A DNA stretch of 64,000 bases from Octopus vulgaris. Its lineage: Eukaryota. Made by a program: the position numbers and the translations under genes. The stretch lies in NCBI GenBank assembly GCA_951406725.2, contig OX597829.1, positions 23,312,001 through 23,376,000 on the forward strand. The letters are read 5' to 3'. Positions 39,238 through 52,832 of the stretch are shown here, piece by piece; the first letter of the stretch is position 1, and each line of letters opens with the position of its first letter. Below the pieces are notes generated by a model. The model was not told where the DNA came from and searched no databases. It was given only the letters and a program-made list of their open reading frames with translations.

Positions 39238-40494
39238 TCAGGATGGTCCTAAATATATGAGCTGAACTCTCAGGATAGAATTACACTCCCTGGTGGTACC
39301 AGTTGTCTATAGACTTAATGTCATCAACTGGAATCTGAATGATCTCCAGCATATGGACATAAAGATCAGGAAACTGTTGACACTAAACAGGATACACCAC
39401 CCAAAATCATCTGTCCACAGATTCTATCTCCCACGAAAGGAAGGCAGGAAAGGCTTAATCTAGCTTAAAACATCCTACAAAACGACCACAATAGAACTCC
39501 AAGTGTACATCCAAAGTAACACTGACTGGATGATAGAGCCAATAAAGTAACATGAAAAGAGTAAGAAACTACATTCAATCTCGAAAGAGGCATCTAAATA
39601 CGGGCAAGAGCTTAACCTCCTTGATTATGATGATGATAAGGACATAGCACCCACTAAGGGAGCAAAATAGTGTAAAACAAAAGCCTGAAGGAAATATCAA
39701 GACTGTGGCAAGAAAAACCTAAATGAGCTGGAGAAGCTGGTGTAGATATGAGAAGAACCCATCAGTGACTGCAGAGTGTTGGTTTGGAAGTTGAAACAGA
39801 AGGATTTATTCTGGCAGCACAAGATCAGAGTCTCCTCACCTAAAAACTATCAAGCTAATATCACACACAATGAGGTAGACACAAAAGTGTAGACTCTGCA
39901 ATGACAAACTTAAGAGTATTGTCCACATTGTTGCCAGTTACTCAGTCCTTGCTCCTACAGAATATAAACCGGGGATGATTGAGTTGGCCAATGCTAGCAC
40001 TGGGGAATGTGCTGTCACTATGATATCCCATACACTAAGAACAGGTATGAACACCATCCAGAGCCAGTCACTGAGGGAGAGAATATTAACATCCTATGGG
40101 ATTATGAGACATACAGACAGGAAAATAAATGATAACAGACCACATATCATCATCAAAGACCTAAGACAAAAAACATGCCTGATAGAAATATCCAGCAAAG
40201 GAATTTGAAAAACTGTCGAAATATAAGGACTTTGAGATTGAGATATCTAGGGTGTGGCAATTAAAAACCAAACCCATCCCTGTTGTTATAGGTGCCCTGG
40301 AATGTTCAAGAAAGGTACTGACAAGTTTTTTGACCAGATCTCTGGGAAACCAACAATCTATGCGACACAAAAAAGTGTGTTGACATCAACCACCCACATT
40401 CTCAGGTAACTTTTCTCTATCTAATGCCTTAGGCCATTGGTTGAGGTCAGGTCAGAAGATGAAATAAAATGCAAATCAATCAGAAAATAATAAT
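39237..40494 (+). mobile_element. Decayed R4/Dong-clade LINE 3' half (RT C-terminus, Zn knuckle, restriction-like endonuclease)
   Basis: INWNLNDLQHMDIKIRKLLTLNRIHHPKSSVHRFYLPRKEG; ETEGFILAAQDQ; CRLC; ILWDY; DNRPHIII; KEFEKLSKYKD; PIPVVIGAL. Many stops and frameshifts. Abuts (AAT)n. Confidence 0.9.
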
Positions 40495-41054
40495 GGTTTC
40501 AAATTTTGGCACAAGGCCAGAAATTTTGGGGAGGGGTAGATCAATTACATCAACCCCAATGTTCAACTGGTACTTATTTAATCAACTCCAAAGGGATGAA
40601 AGGGAAAGTAGACCCTGGCAGAATTTGAACTCAGAACACAAAGACAGATGAAATGCTGCTAAGCATTTTGCCTAACATACTAACAATTCTGCCAACTCAA
40701 TCCTTTTCACTTTAGGCACAAGGTCTGAAATTTGGTGGGAGGAGCTCATCAACTCCAGTGTTCAACTGGCACTTACTTTATTGATCCCAAAAAGATGATA
40801 AGTAAAGTCAACCTCGGAGGAATTTGAACCCAGAATGTAAAACCCAGAAGAAATGCTGCTGAGCATTTTTTCCAGTGTGCTAACGATCCTGCCAGTTTAC
40901 CATCTTAATAACAACAAAATGCCTGTACATTTAATAACTCGCTTCAAAATGCATTATAATTTATTTTTTTTTGTAATTAATAAGCTTTTGGTTTTCTTAA
41001 TTTATGATGACATGAAAATAATTTTCTACATCAAGAAAAATTGTGACAACTTAC

Positions 41055-41138
41055 CCAGAACTTCCAGGCGGTCTTTGGCCATAACAAGGTTAGTTGACAT
41101 TTTATCTTTCAACCGTTTGGCACGGTCCCAGGCATCTC
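41055..41138 (-). CDS. SPAST: Spastin exon, MIT domain ([28 protein letters not shown])
   Basis: tcacag|GA and G|gtaagt, 84 bp. Matches human exon 3 peptide [24 protein letters not shown]. Confidence 0.96.
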
Positions 41139-42721
41139 CTGTGAGTAAAAAAAAAACATCAAGAAAAGTGAAAATAAAAGGAAATATATGAAATTGTATC
41201 ATCACTATTAAGTCATTGAAAAAAAAAATTTGGAAAATTCTTCAGTAAATTTGAAAACAAAACAAAATTCAATAGTGCTCTACACCTTATCTTCCAAGTA
41301 TATAAAGCTCCTGCCTCCCCAGTCAGGGTTTGTAGTTTTGCACATTTCATGGCAACCTCACTAGTGCTGGTACCATGGTAAAAGCTACACAGTACATGCT
41401 GTAAAGTGTTTGGTATTAGGAAGGGCATCTGGCCATAGAAACCATACCAAAGCAGACACTGGAGTATGATACAGTCCTTGATTTCAATGTACCCTGTCAA
41501 ACCACCCAACCCATGTCAGCCTGGAACATGGACATTAAATGATGATGACAATGATGATGCTTGTTGTTACACTAGGATTATTAAGGTAGTGAACCACAAA
41601 GTCTTAAGTTCAAATTTTACCACAAAATTACCTGTGCTATTGTCACTAACCCTGGCTCAACAGACAGGCTCCATTTCAGTGTCACATCTGAATGGTTGAC
41701 ATTAAAGAAAAATAACAGATTTCTCTATAAAAACAATTGCTCCAAGACACAAATGGCCAAATATTTCAATAATGATAATATCCTTGCTAGTGTGGATAAC
41801 TAGTTGCAAAACTACATACCACTATCATCATCATCATTTGATGCTTGTTTCCCATGCTGGTATAGGTTGAAAGATCTTATGAATTGGGGGCTGCATCATG
41901 CATGGTTTCTAAGGCTGGATGTCCATCTTGACATCAGCAACTATGCAGAGTGTACAGAATGCACGTTTTTTCTCTTCTTTTCTTTTTTCTTCATTAGTGA
42001 ATAGTGCCTTGTGATTTGCAAGACCTAGAGTGACCCCTAAGGGAGACAGAGGAGAGGGTGTAATGTCTCAGCAGGGTGATAAGAGAGAGTAAGTAAGATG
42101 AGAGGAGCAGAGTTATTGTGATAGAGTGGTAGCAGAGAGAGTAATAGAGTAGTAGACTAGGCGTGAAGTAGAGGAGAGCATGTGGCTTAAAACATGGGAA
42201 AGAGGAGTCAGTGAAAAGGGTTGTTAAGAAAAGATGAGGACAGAGAGGAAAGGTGTTAGGGTAGGTTATGTAGTGAAAGACCTAAGGTTATCTTACGTCA
42301 TAAAGGCAAGCATGGATGGAAGACATGGGGTAAAGGGATAGGAAGGGAGCAACAGACAGGGTAGAGATGAATCATGTGAGAGCCATCAAAGGAAAGAGAG
42401 GTGAGGTGGATCGTGGAAATAGGCCAGAGGAGGAGGAGGAGGAGAAGGAGTAAAAACAAGAAGGTACAGAGGAATGCAGAAAGGTATGAGAAGGCAGTGA
42501 GAGAAAATGATAGGGGGTTGAGGGGAAATGGGCAAGTGCTATGAGAGTAATAATGGGGAAAGAGTGGTCGGAGGGTATCGGAGATAAAGGAGGAGGGGAA
42601 GAGCAGTGTGTGATGCAAAGAAAGAAAGTATCCAAGAAATAAGGAAGGCTGTGGAGAAAGGATGGTGAAAGAGGGGTTGAAGGAATCTGTAGGTTTAAAG
42701 AATCTACAATTCTTATATTAA

Positions 42722-42927
42722 TCCTTTAGTGTTTAAACCAGCTATGCCAAGCCCTTGTTTTATGTTCAAACCAGCCAGATCTAACCCCTTGCATATATCC
42801 TACATCATTCTAAAAATAAACAATTATGTAACTAAAATTTTGAAGCTATGAGATAATACCTAATTAATTGAAGACGATGTGAATAAATAAGCATTACATT
42901 TGTCAGAGTAATCTGAATGCTAAAGGG
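42722..42927. mobile_element. piggyBac-like MITE
   Basis: ttaa|tcctttag...atgctaaaggg|ttaa. Confidence 0.75.
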
Positions 42928-43782
42928 TTAATTATCTTTGACATGACACAAGGTAAATTTTTTTTATATATTTGGAAAGAAATACATATTTCTTTACTAC
43001 CCACAAGGGGCTAAACATAGAGGGGACAAACAAGGACAGACATAGGTATTATGTCGATTACATCGACCCCAGTGCGTAACTGGTACTTAATTTATCGACC
43101 CCGAAAGGATGAAAGGCAAAGTCGACCTCGGCGGAATTTGAACTCACCTGAATCCACTCCAATATACTACAGTGACGGATTCAATCAGTAGGAAACTAAA
43201 GAGGAAGTCTCTCATGATATATGCTAAATCTTTCAAATTACATTCTATAATCTTTAAAAAGAATACAGTGAAGGAGGATGTCTGAGAACACAGGATGGTC
43301 ACAGCTAAAGCATTTACAAACATAGGTATGATCTGGAGTTAATGATATTATCTAAACAAATCTCCCCCAGCATGAACATGGTCAAAAGGATGGAACTTAG
43401 AAAAAACACTGAAATATTAACCATGAAGCATGGAAGGCCCCAAGTTGACTTCATTAAAATTTGAACTGAGAACCTGAAGGAACAAAGTATATACTGTAAG
43501 GCCTCTTGCATATCAATATTTCTGTCACCTTGTTTATGTATAGCTTATATTAAATGAATATAATAAAGGTGGTGAGGTGACAAAATCATTAGCATGCCAG
43601 ACAAAATGCTTAGCGGCATTTCATCCATTTTTACATTCTAAGTTCAAATTCTGCTGAGGTCAGCTCTGCCTGTCATTCTCTTAGAATCAATGAAATAACT
43701 ATCAGTTGAACACTGAGGTTGATGTAAATTGACTAGTATCCACCTCTAAAAAATTTCAGGTGTTGAACCTCAGTAGAAAGGA

Positions 43783-44731
43783 TTAACTCTTTTGAGACCA
43801 CCCCAGGTTCGATGACACAAACTTACTGTCTTAAAGTGGTCTAAATTATAATCTATTAGAATTATACGTTAATTTATTCCAGTTATCAGCTCAATAATGA
43901 GAGTTATTTTACCAAATTCTCCATTTTAAAATTTAATTGAAACAAAAGCATTATATGTCATCAGAAATATAGTAACAAAAAGTTAATGAATAAAAAGCAA
44001 TTTTTACTTTTGACTTATTCATTCTAATGTACCCAAATACCTCAATATTTTATAGGCAAAATATAAACATTAACCCAAGAGCATTTAAATTGGCCATATC
44101 CGGCCAAAAAATTGACCTGTTTTATCTTCAAACACTTACTCTACAATGTTATTCCAGAAGTAAACAATTGTGTCATTGAAATCTCAAAGCTACAAAGTAA
44201 TGTGTGAAAAATTCAAAACAAAGCGAGTAAATAAGCATTACATTTCACAGAGGAATCTTGAATGCTAAAGGGTTAAGCCAGCCATATCCAACCAAAATAT
44301 TCTACCTGCTTTATCTTCAAACTGACTAGATCTGGCCTCTCACACTTCCCCTGCAATATTATTCTAAAAGTAAACAATCACTTCATTGAAATCTCAAAGC
44401 TATGGGATAGTGTATGATTAATTCAAAGAGTGGATAAATAAATAACCATTATATTTGACAGAGTAATTTGAATGATAAAAGGTTAAATACTTTGTTTTAA
44501 CTCTTCTGATACAAATCTGCCCGAAAACACTGTTGGCTCTATGACTTAAATCTCCTGCTTTAAAGTAATCTAACAATTAAAGTGATCTTCTATTAAATTC
44601 CATATTAACTTATGTTACAAATGCCAGCTTAAAAACAACAGAATTATTTTACTAAATTCTTCATTATTTAAAAAAATTATTTTAAACAAAAGATGTGTAT
44701 TTCTACAGACATACAGTCATAAGAGGGTTGA
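43783..44731. mobile_element. Cluster of four TTAA-type MITEs from two families
   Basis: Copies at ~43787-43982, 44074-44272, 44277-44482, 44501-44727. The second family also occurs at ~37700-37920 and 46745-46962. Confidence 0.65.
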
Positions 44732-46396
44732 TATATTAATGGCATATCCAGGATTCCTCTACAGACAATATTTCAAGAGAAAAATGGAGATTGCCTTCTA
44801 GTCACTGTTAATATGTACAATCAATATGTGTCTCTCTTTCTCTGCATGTGTGTGTGTGTGTGTGTGTCTCCAACCCTCATCTGTTTCCAAGTAATAATTT
44901 CCCATGGCTGAGTATGTTTTCACAGAATAATGAAAATTAGTGACACTGCATGTATGGTGGTGACACTCCTTTACAATTATCATGCAAGGTCAGGATAAGG
45001 TGATACACACATGCACATGCACACGTGCGCATACACACACACACATACACATATGCACGCACATCTGATGGTCTACTTTCAGTTTCCATCTACCAAATCT
45101 ACCAACAAAGTTTTGATCAGTCCAGTCTTAATCAGAGAAAAGACTTGTCCAAGGAACCCATCAAGTAGGACTGAACCTGAAACCATGTGGTATGGAGGCA
45201 AACTTCTTAACCACTAAGCAACATGTAACTACAAGAATATCCAGCATTACCTAAGAATTAAAGCATTCTGTTGTTGACCAATTAGCAGAATTTAAACAAT
45301 AGTTAATCTGCATAAAATTATTATTAAACACTTTGTTTATATTATTTCCAACAGATTTTATTTTCCAGTTCTAAAAATTTTATTTGTGTTTCATTAATTT
45401 GATAATTTACTATAAATGAAATGACATTATATATAATTGTTGATTGCCTTAGGCAATTATTGATTTTCTAATTTATTTAACTGAATTTTGCGTTACAATG
45501 TAATCGCATTACATGTGGTTAAGTTTGTAATTATGATCCTGCAAAAACTATTAGCTTTGTATACTCCCAGGAACCATCAAATTGCATGTCTCTAAGACTG
45601 TTTGACACCAATAGAAATAATCCCACCCGTAGGTGTCAAAATCACATTGATATTCATTATACAGTGAAGAAAGCTGATTGCATTCTTAAAATTGATTGAG
45701 TGTTTGAATATGTGGTTTATATGTGTTCGTAAGTTTAAATGTTGGATGCTAACATTTACTTGTAGTGTTTACTGCAGAACTTTTTTTTCGTTTTTTTCTA
45801 CAGGTTCTTATGATAAACATTTGATTCTGAAATTGTTAGGAGTTCTCACTTTATTTGACGACATTTTGAATTGAAGTGGTTTAGGATATTTAATTTGATG
45901 AAGCCAGTTTTTACGTGAGGGGTATGCCTACCTTGTTAATTTAATGGAATAGGATAAATGATATACGTAGCACACACACACGCACACAAACACACACACA
46001 TATATATCACCATCATTCTTTAACATTCATTTTCCTTGCTGGCATATAAATATATATATATAATCATCATCATCCATTAGATTTTGTTTTCCATGCTGGC
46101 ATATATATATATATAAGCACCACGGTGTCAAGCAAATAGCATTCAGAATGTTAAGATGGGTAAAATGCTGTTAAGTTTTTGTGCCCAGCTTGCAAATAGT
46201 TCTGCCAGATTGCCATCTTAACTACAACATATTGGTTTCAAATTTTGACACAAAGCCAGCAATTTCTGGGAAACAGCTAAATTGATTACATCAACCCCAG
46301 TGATAAACTGGTACTTATTTAAGTACCTAAAAGGGATGAAACATTAAGTTGACCCTAGTGGAATTTGAACTCAGAACATAAAGACAGATGAAATGC

Positions 46397-46495
46397 TTTA
46401 TTTACATTCGACAGATATTTGCCCTCATCTTGTTGTTAACACAACGTTTCGGCTGATATACCCTCCAGCCTTCTCATTCCTAAGGTATTTTTCGA

Positions 46496-46541
<46 letters not shown>

Positions 46542-46664
46542 GTTCAGGTTACTGCTTGGAATCGAACTCGGAATCTTGGGGTTAGCAGCCTGTGCTCTTA
46601 ACCACTACGCCATATGCCCATGGACATATGGCGTAGTGGTTAAGAGCATGGGCTACTAACCCCA
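46397..46664 (-). mobile_element. tRNA-headed element with Penelope-like 3' part and inverted duplicated head, nested in a family B SINE
   Basis: A box TGGCGTAGTGG, B box GAGTTCGATTCC, internal (AAT)n, ggctg..cagcc-GAAACGTT, palindrome 46577-46664. The host SINE resumes on both sides (aaatgc|gctaagcatt). Confidence 0.7.
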
Positions 46665-48136
46665 GCTAAGCATTTTGCCTGGCATGCTCACAAATCTGCC
46701 AGCTCACCAACTTAGCTACAGCACTAATATTGCCAAGTGTTACTACTTCTGATACGAACTGGTCTAAAACTGCCCCTGATCCTATGATACAAATTTATTG
46801 TTTTAAAATTATCTAAATTAAAACCTTTCATCAAATTTCCATGTTAATTTATGTTCCAAATACAAGCTTAATAACGATGAGGTTATTGTACTAAATTCAT
46901 TATTTTCAAAATGAATTGAAACAAGGATGGTGTAGTTCTTCAGAAATATGGCCACAAAAAGGTTAAGCTGTTATACTGATTTAGTATAACAGTTTGCCAC
47001 CATCATAAAAATAATTCCTTCAAACTCATCAAAAGATAAACAGAAATATTCTGTTTCACTTAAAAATGTCATTTTTGAATTTTTGGGTTTTTTTTTAAAT
47101 TTAAGAATGTCTATTAGATTTAGAATTTGTTGTTATCAATTCTCATAATCAACTTGAATTCTCAAGATTCCAGAATATTCTATACTTAGAATATTTTCAT
47201 ATTAAATAAATAAGTAGGTAAAGAAAACAATCTAAAAATGGTTAGATAAAGAGAAAAATGGCTTGATAACGGAAGAAATAATTCAGGTGAATGGTTGTAG
47301 TTGTTGTATTTCACATAATACACTGGCGAGATTTTAATTAATTTTGAAAATTAATTAATTTGGGAAGATTTAGTAAATTAATTTTATTCATGAATTAGTT
47401 GGTAGTATGTTATCCCATGTCAGGTGTAATCCAGTAGATTTAAGTATTCCTGCCCAGTCCATCAAATTATTTTTCTTTTTTTATTCCAGTTTAGTGTATC
47501 TAGGACTACATTATTCAAAGTGGGTTTTTTTTTTCTTTTTTAAAGAGATAGCATGTGATTTGAGGGAGATCAGTTTGCTATATCTAGCAAATCAAGCAGC
47601 AACATTGATGCTTTTCCTGAGCACAAAAGCTCTGTTGTAAAATTATGGAAATTTCAATGTAAATATGAAACACTTTAAAACATGGATTAGAAGCAAAGCA
47701 TGTCTTAGATTTAATCTGCATCAAAAGAATTAAATCTCAGATCAGCTCTGATACAGCAAACTTAGTGAAAGTGTTCCAACGGTGACCACTTTGTCTTTTT
47801 TCTAGAAATATAATTAGTGCACCCAAGACTATGCTATTCAATGTGTCCTTTTCTATGATATCAGGATGTGTGATTTGTGTGAGATTTGGCAGCCATTTCT
47901 AGCAGATCAACTATTATTGTTGTCACAAAGAGAAAATGGTAAATCACTGAAAAACATCAGTTAATGCATGCCAAGTGAAGAATGGATGATGAGTGGTGGT
48001 GACAATATAAGGTTACGGTTAGGGTAGAGGAAAACCTAGAAGAATATGGAAAGATTAAATATCATGATATGTTAGATACAGGATGAAGAGAAGAAAAGAC
48101 ACACCTTGCTAGATAAACCTGGCTAACCCATCTATG

Positions 48137-48276
48137 CACTAGTGTAGCTAGTGTCTCCCACAGTAGCCCTTCTGTGTGTCGCCCACCCCCTTCCCCGGAC
48201 CCCACAAAAAACACACTACCTACAGCAGACCCAAAAGTGCCGCCCAGGGCAGACCACCCACTTGTGTAAGCTAGTG
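48137..48276. mobile_element. 140 bp GC-rich MITE with 8 bp TSD (hAT-like)
   Basis: Perfect flanking catctatg at 48129-48136 and 48277-48284, termini cactag...ctagtg. Confidence 0.72.
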
Positions 48277-48410
48277 CATCTATGCCATGATAGTGATGAG
48301 ACTAATGATTGATGACAGAAACAACAACAATGGTGACTAATAACGATGACGACAATGACAATGGTAATGATAACAACAACAACAATGATGAACGATGGTG
48401 GTGGTGGTGG

Positions 48411-48459
<49 letters not shown>

Positions 48460-49037
48460 GATGATGAGGAGGAGGAGGAGGGAGGAGGAGGAGGAAGGGG
48501 GGGGGGTATTATGATGATTTACTTCAGTGAGTAAATGTGGATATACAGACAGAGCATGGGTGTAGAAATTTATTTAGAAAAATATTGATGAAAGAATTAT
48601 TTAACATCATCTGATCTACAAGAGAGGAAAACAGTTTTTAAAAATGAAAAAAAAAAAAATACTGATAACAATAACGAAGAAAATTATTTGACAACATTAA
48701 CAACAAAACTATAATTAAGAAATTAGAAAACAGGATTATCAAAACATTTAGTTAATAATTGGATAGTTTATCAAGTTTTATGGATTAGCATGCTTTTCTT
48801 TTTAGTTGTTTCTTTATTTCTTTTACTTCTTTGTTTTTTTTTTTTTCAATCTGGTCAATCAAACCTACTGGAATTGAACTGGAAATTCATAGAAACCAAT
48901 CAATCATCAATGAAGCGGAATCATTTCCAAAAGATGTTTAGAAGCTGAAGAAACTGTCAATAAATGGATTAAAGTATTAGCCTAATTAGTGAAGGATAAT
49001 TAGTCCAATAAAACACAACTACCTAGTATGTACACAC

Positions 49038-49137
49038 NNNNNNNNNNNNNNNNNNNNNNNNNNNNNNNNNNNNNNNNNNNNNNNNNNNNNNNNNNNNNNN
49101 NNNNNNNNNNNNNNNNNNNNNNNNNNNNNNNNNNNNN
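49038..49137. other. 100-N assembly gap
   Basis: N run; 48948-49037 is repeated exactly at 49138-49227. Confidence 0.99.
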
Positions 49138-49606
49138 AAGAAACTGTCAATAAATGGATTAAAGTATTAGCCTAATTAGTGAAGGATAATTAGTCCAATA
49201 AAACACAACTACCTAGTATGTACACACACACACACACATATATATATATGTGCAAGCATGGCTGTGTGATAAGAAGTTTGCTTTCTAACCACTTAGTTCC
49301 AGGTTCATTGGGCAAGTGTTTTTTTCTACCATAGCCTTGGACCAACAAAAGCCTTGTGAGTGGATTTGGCAGATGGAAACTGAAAGAAGCCTACCACATT
49401 TATGCATGTGTGTGTGTGTCCTTGTAGCTGTGTTTGTCCCCCACCTCCAGTGTTGGAATGTTTGCTTCCTTGTAACTTAGAAGTTCAGCAAAAGAGACTG
49501 ACAATAAATATCAGGCTTAGAAAAAAAATTAAGTGTTGGGGTTGATTTATTCAATTAAAATTCTCATGGCTGCAGTCTGATGACTGAAACATGTAAAAGA
49601 TATAAA

Positions 49607-49641
<35 letters not shown>

Positions 49642-50465
49642 CAAACATGCAAACATGATATGAAACAGATATTGTTGTGTGTTTACAAAGTTCAATTCAA
49701 AACTACATGATACAGTTTCAAGTCCAATTCCAATATAACACACTTAGTGCAAGTACCTTCTATGTCAATATGAGTAAAATTTGGTAACTAGAAATGTTTC
49801 TCTCTCTGTCTATCTCCCTGTCTGTCTGTCTCTCTGTTTGTCTGTGTCTGTCTGTGTCTGTCTGTCTACTTGTCTCTGTCTGTCTGTCTCTGTCTGTCTG
49901 TCCCTGTCTGTCTGTCTGTCCCTCTGACTGTCTCTGTCTGTGCATGTGTGCATGATCAAAGAAAAAATGCCATGTGGCTCCACCTGAGTTATGTCTCTTT
50001 ATGACACAGTGACCCTTGTCCTTTACAAGTTCTATAAAATAAGTACTAAGAGGGAAAGGGGTCAGTTTACATGCAGTTCACCATCAAAATGAAAGTAAAT
50101 TTGAAAAGAAACTGGAAGTGACATATCAAAATTTCATGAAAATAACATTATAAGTTATTGGATATTGCTGGCATGAAAAGAAGATTATAAAACACAAGAT
50201 ATTGCTAGCTTCCTATATAGGTCTCATGAAGTTGTTGATCTTCCACTCAATTTTATTGATCCAAATGATGACAGCATCCATACACAAACTGTACAAGAAT
50301 AGTTGATGCTTGCCAAGAGGAAACTTATGCTACAATTTGGAACTTGTGATTTTTATTTACATTATATCTTCATGAGCAGGTGTAGAGAAACAAATTTTGA
50401 GATCATGGTAAAGTATTCACAAATTCCATTACATGCATTAAAGATTATGTTTTCCTGTAGACATA

Positions 50466-50885
50466 GGCGCAGGAGTGGCTGTGTGGTAAGTAGCTTGTCT
50501 ACCACCCACATGGTTCCGGGTTCAGTCCCACTGCGTGGCACCTTGGGCGAGTGTCTTCTGCTATAGCCTCGGGCCGACCAAAGCCTTGTGAGTGGATTTG
50601 GTAGACGGAAACTGAAAGAAGCCTGTCGTATATATGCATATATATGTATATGTATGTGTGTGTGTTTGTGTGTCTGTGTTTGTCCCTCTAGCATTGCTTG
50701 CCAACCGATGCTGGTGTGTTTATGTCCCCGTTACTTAGCGGTTCAGCAAAAGAGACCGATAGAATAAGTACTGGGCTTACAAAAATAATAAGTCCCGGGG
50801 TCGAGTTGCTCGATTAAAGGCGGTGCTCCAGCATGGCCGCAGTCAAATGACTGAAACAAGTAAAAGAGTAAAAGAGAGTAAGAGT
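50466..50885 (+). mobile_element. Full-length SINE family A
   Basis: ggcgcaggagtggctgtgtgg...gtaaaagagta. Confidence 0.92.
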
Positions 50886-50935
50886 ATATGATTGTTTTCA
50901 TCTTACATGAAAACTATACATATATTTTATATGTA

Positions 50936-52189
50936 TGAGGTGGTATAAAAAAATTTCCGGACTAGTTCTGTAGTGCGCCAACAGATGGCAGCACACAAGT
51001 GCATGTGCAGTGACAACTAGCAGTGACCTTCATGAAGCAGTGTGCTGAGTGACATTGCTGCGTTTACTTTGCAATTATTGAAATTTGTGTTTTTGTGATC
51101 ACGTGTATGCTGTAGCCAGAAATTTCTTCATACACAGGAACAACGAGCCAACATGAAATTTTGCATTAATCTTGGGAAGTCTACTACAGAGACATTGAAC
51201 ATGCTTTCAGAAAGCTTATAGCAACAAGGCAATGGGCTGTACTCAATGTTTCAAGTGGCATAAACACTTCAAGAGCAGAAGAATGTCCCTAGAAGACAAT
51301 GAGTGATCTGGAAGACCTGCCACAATTGTCATTCCTGGAAATGTGGTAAAAATTCATCAGCTTGTGCATGAAGATCATCAGAGGACAATCAATGACATTG
51401 CTAATGTTGTTGGTTTGTCTTATGGGTCTGCCAAGTTTGTCCCCCACCTGCTGATTGCTGAACAGAAAGAACACCATGTCAAAGTCTGTCAAGATCTCTG
51501 TAAGCATGCTGCTGATGATCAGTTCTTCATAATTGAGGATCATCACCAGGGACGAGAGTTGGGTCTATGGGTATGTTCTTGAAATGAAGTAACAGTCATA
51601 ACAATGGAAGAGCCCTTCATTTCCACAACTGAAGAAGGCACAACAGAGCCGCAGCTCAATCAAGAAAATGTTCATTGTTTTTTTTTTTTTCAACATTTAT
51701 GGTATTGTGCATTGAGAATTTGTCCTTTGGGACCAAACTGTCAATTGAGAGTTCTACTGCAATGTTTTGAAGTATCTGAGGGAGGACTTTCAGTGAAAAC
51801 AACTGGATCTTTGGAGCACAAAGAATTGAATTCTTCATGACAACCATCACCAAGTTCTCTTCACTTGCAAGGTTCTCACCAAAAACAACAGGGCACTGCT
51901 TCTGCACCTACTCAATTTGCCAGATTTGGCACCTGTCAACTTCCATCTTTTCCCCAAGATGAAAATGCAGCTCAAAGGTCGCCATTTTAACACAGTTGTC
52001 AATACCCAGAGCGAATCACAGAAGCTCCTCTACTCGCTTGCAGAAAACAACTGCCAGGCCAGGTTCCAAAAATGGCAGGACCAACGTATTGCTGTGCAAG
52101 ATGACTATTTCGAAGAAGATGATGTTAAAACTTAGATAAGTTACTTTTTATTAAGCATAGCTAGTCCAGAAACTTTTTGATACTATCTG
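50936..52189 (+). mobile_element. Near full-length decayed mariner
   Basis: TA on both flanks; ~28 bp imperfect TIRs; EQRANMKFC...LGKSTTETL...SGRP, TRDESWVYGY, PDLAPVNFHLFPKMKMQLKGRHF. Frameshifted. Confidence 0.92.
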
Positions 52190-52748
52190 TATATGTTCTT
52201 CATATTGGTTATGTCACATGCATTGTTTACAAAAAATTATGGAAGGTCAACACTGTCAATTCCAATTTGTATCACAATTTACTTTCACTTTTTTTTTACA
52301 ATGGTCAATGCATATAAACAAGGAGCTCAATATAGCTGATTGCAGACCCATTATGTCAATGCCTAAGCATAACTAGTACAAAAATTGAAACAAGAATCAG
52401 AATCAAAAGTATATATGGTGTTAGAAAGGGCATCCTGGCGTTACAAAGGCCATCCAGCTGTAGAAACTCTACCAGATCAAGACTGAAGCCAGGTGCAGCC
52501 ATCTGGTTCGCCAGCCCTCAGTCAAATCGTCCAACCTATGCTAGCATGGAAAGCGGACGTTAAACAATGATGATGATGATGATGTATGCAGGTGGGTGTG
52601 TGCTTGAGATTGTGTGTGTGTGTGTGTGTGTGTGCGTGCGTGTCAATATGGAAAATAGTAAATGCTGATAACTAAAACAAAGTGATTTTACACCAGTCTT
52701 AAAGTGAAACAATGACTAATTAAAACTGAAAAATGTATTTTTATTTAC

Positions 52749-52832
52749 CTTGGCCGTTAACATCAACCGAAATACCTTTTTCAAGTTCAGTGATACCTTT
52801 CCTGTAGAATTCTATTGCTAACTCCTTACGGC
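52749..52832 (-). CDS. SPAST: Spastin exon, MIT domain ([29 protein letters not shown]); most 5' exon seen
   Basis: ttgcag|GC acceptor and G|gtaaat donor, phase 1-1. Matches human spastin exon 2 peptide [23 protein letters not shown]. Confidence 0.93.

Noticed and set aside
42000-42700. Purine-rich strand-biased block with ORFs on the minus strand
   Set aside because: Low-complexity degenerate repeat following an RTE-like tail; no coding signature.
46543-46619. Functional tRNA-Ser gene
   Set aside because: Acceptor and T stems do not pair, and there is no long variable arm; it is a SINE-type head.
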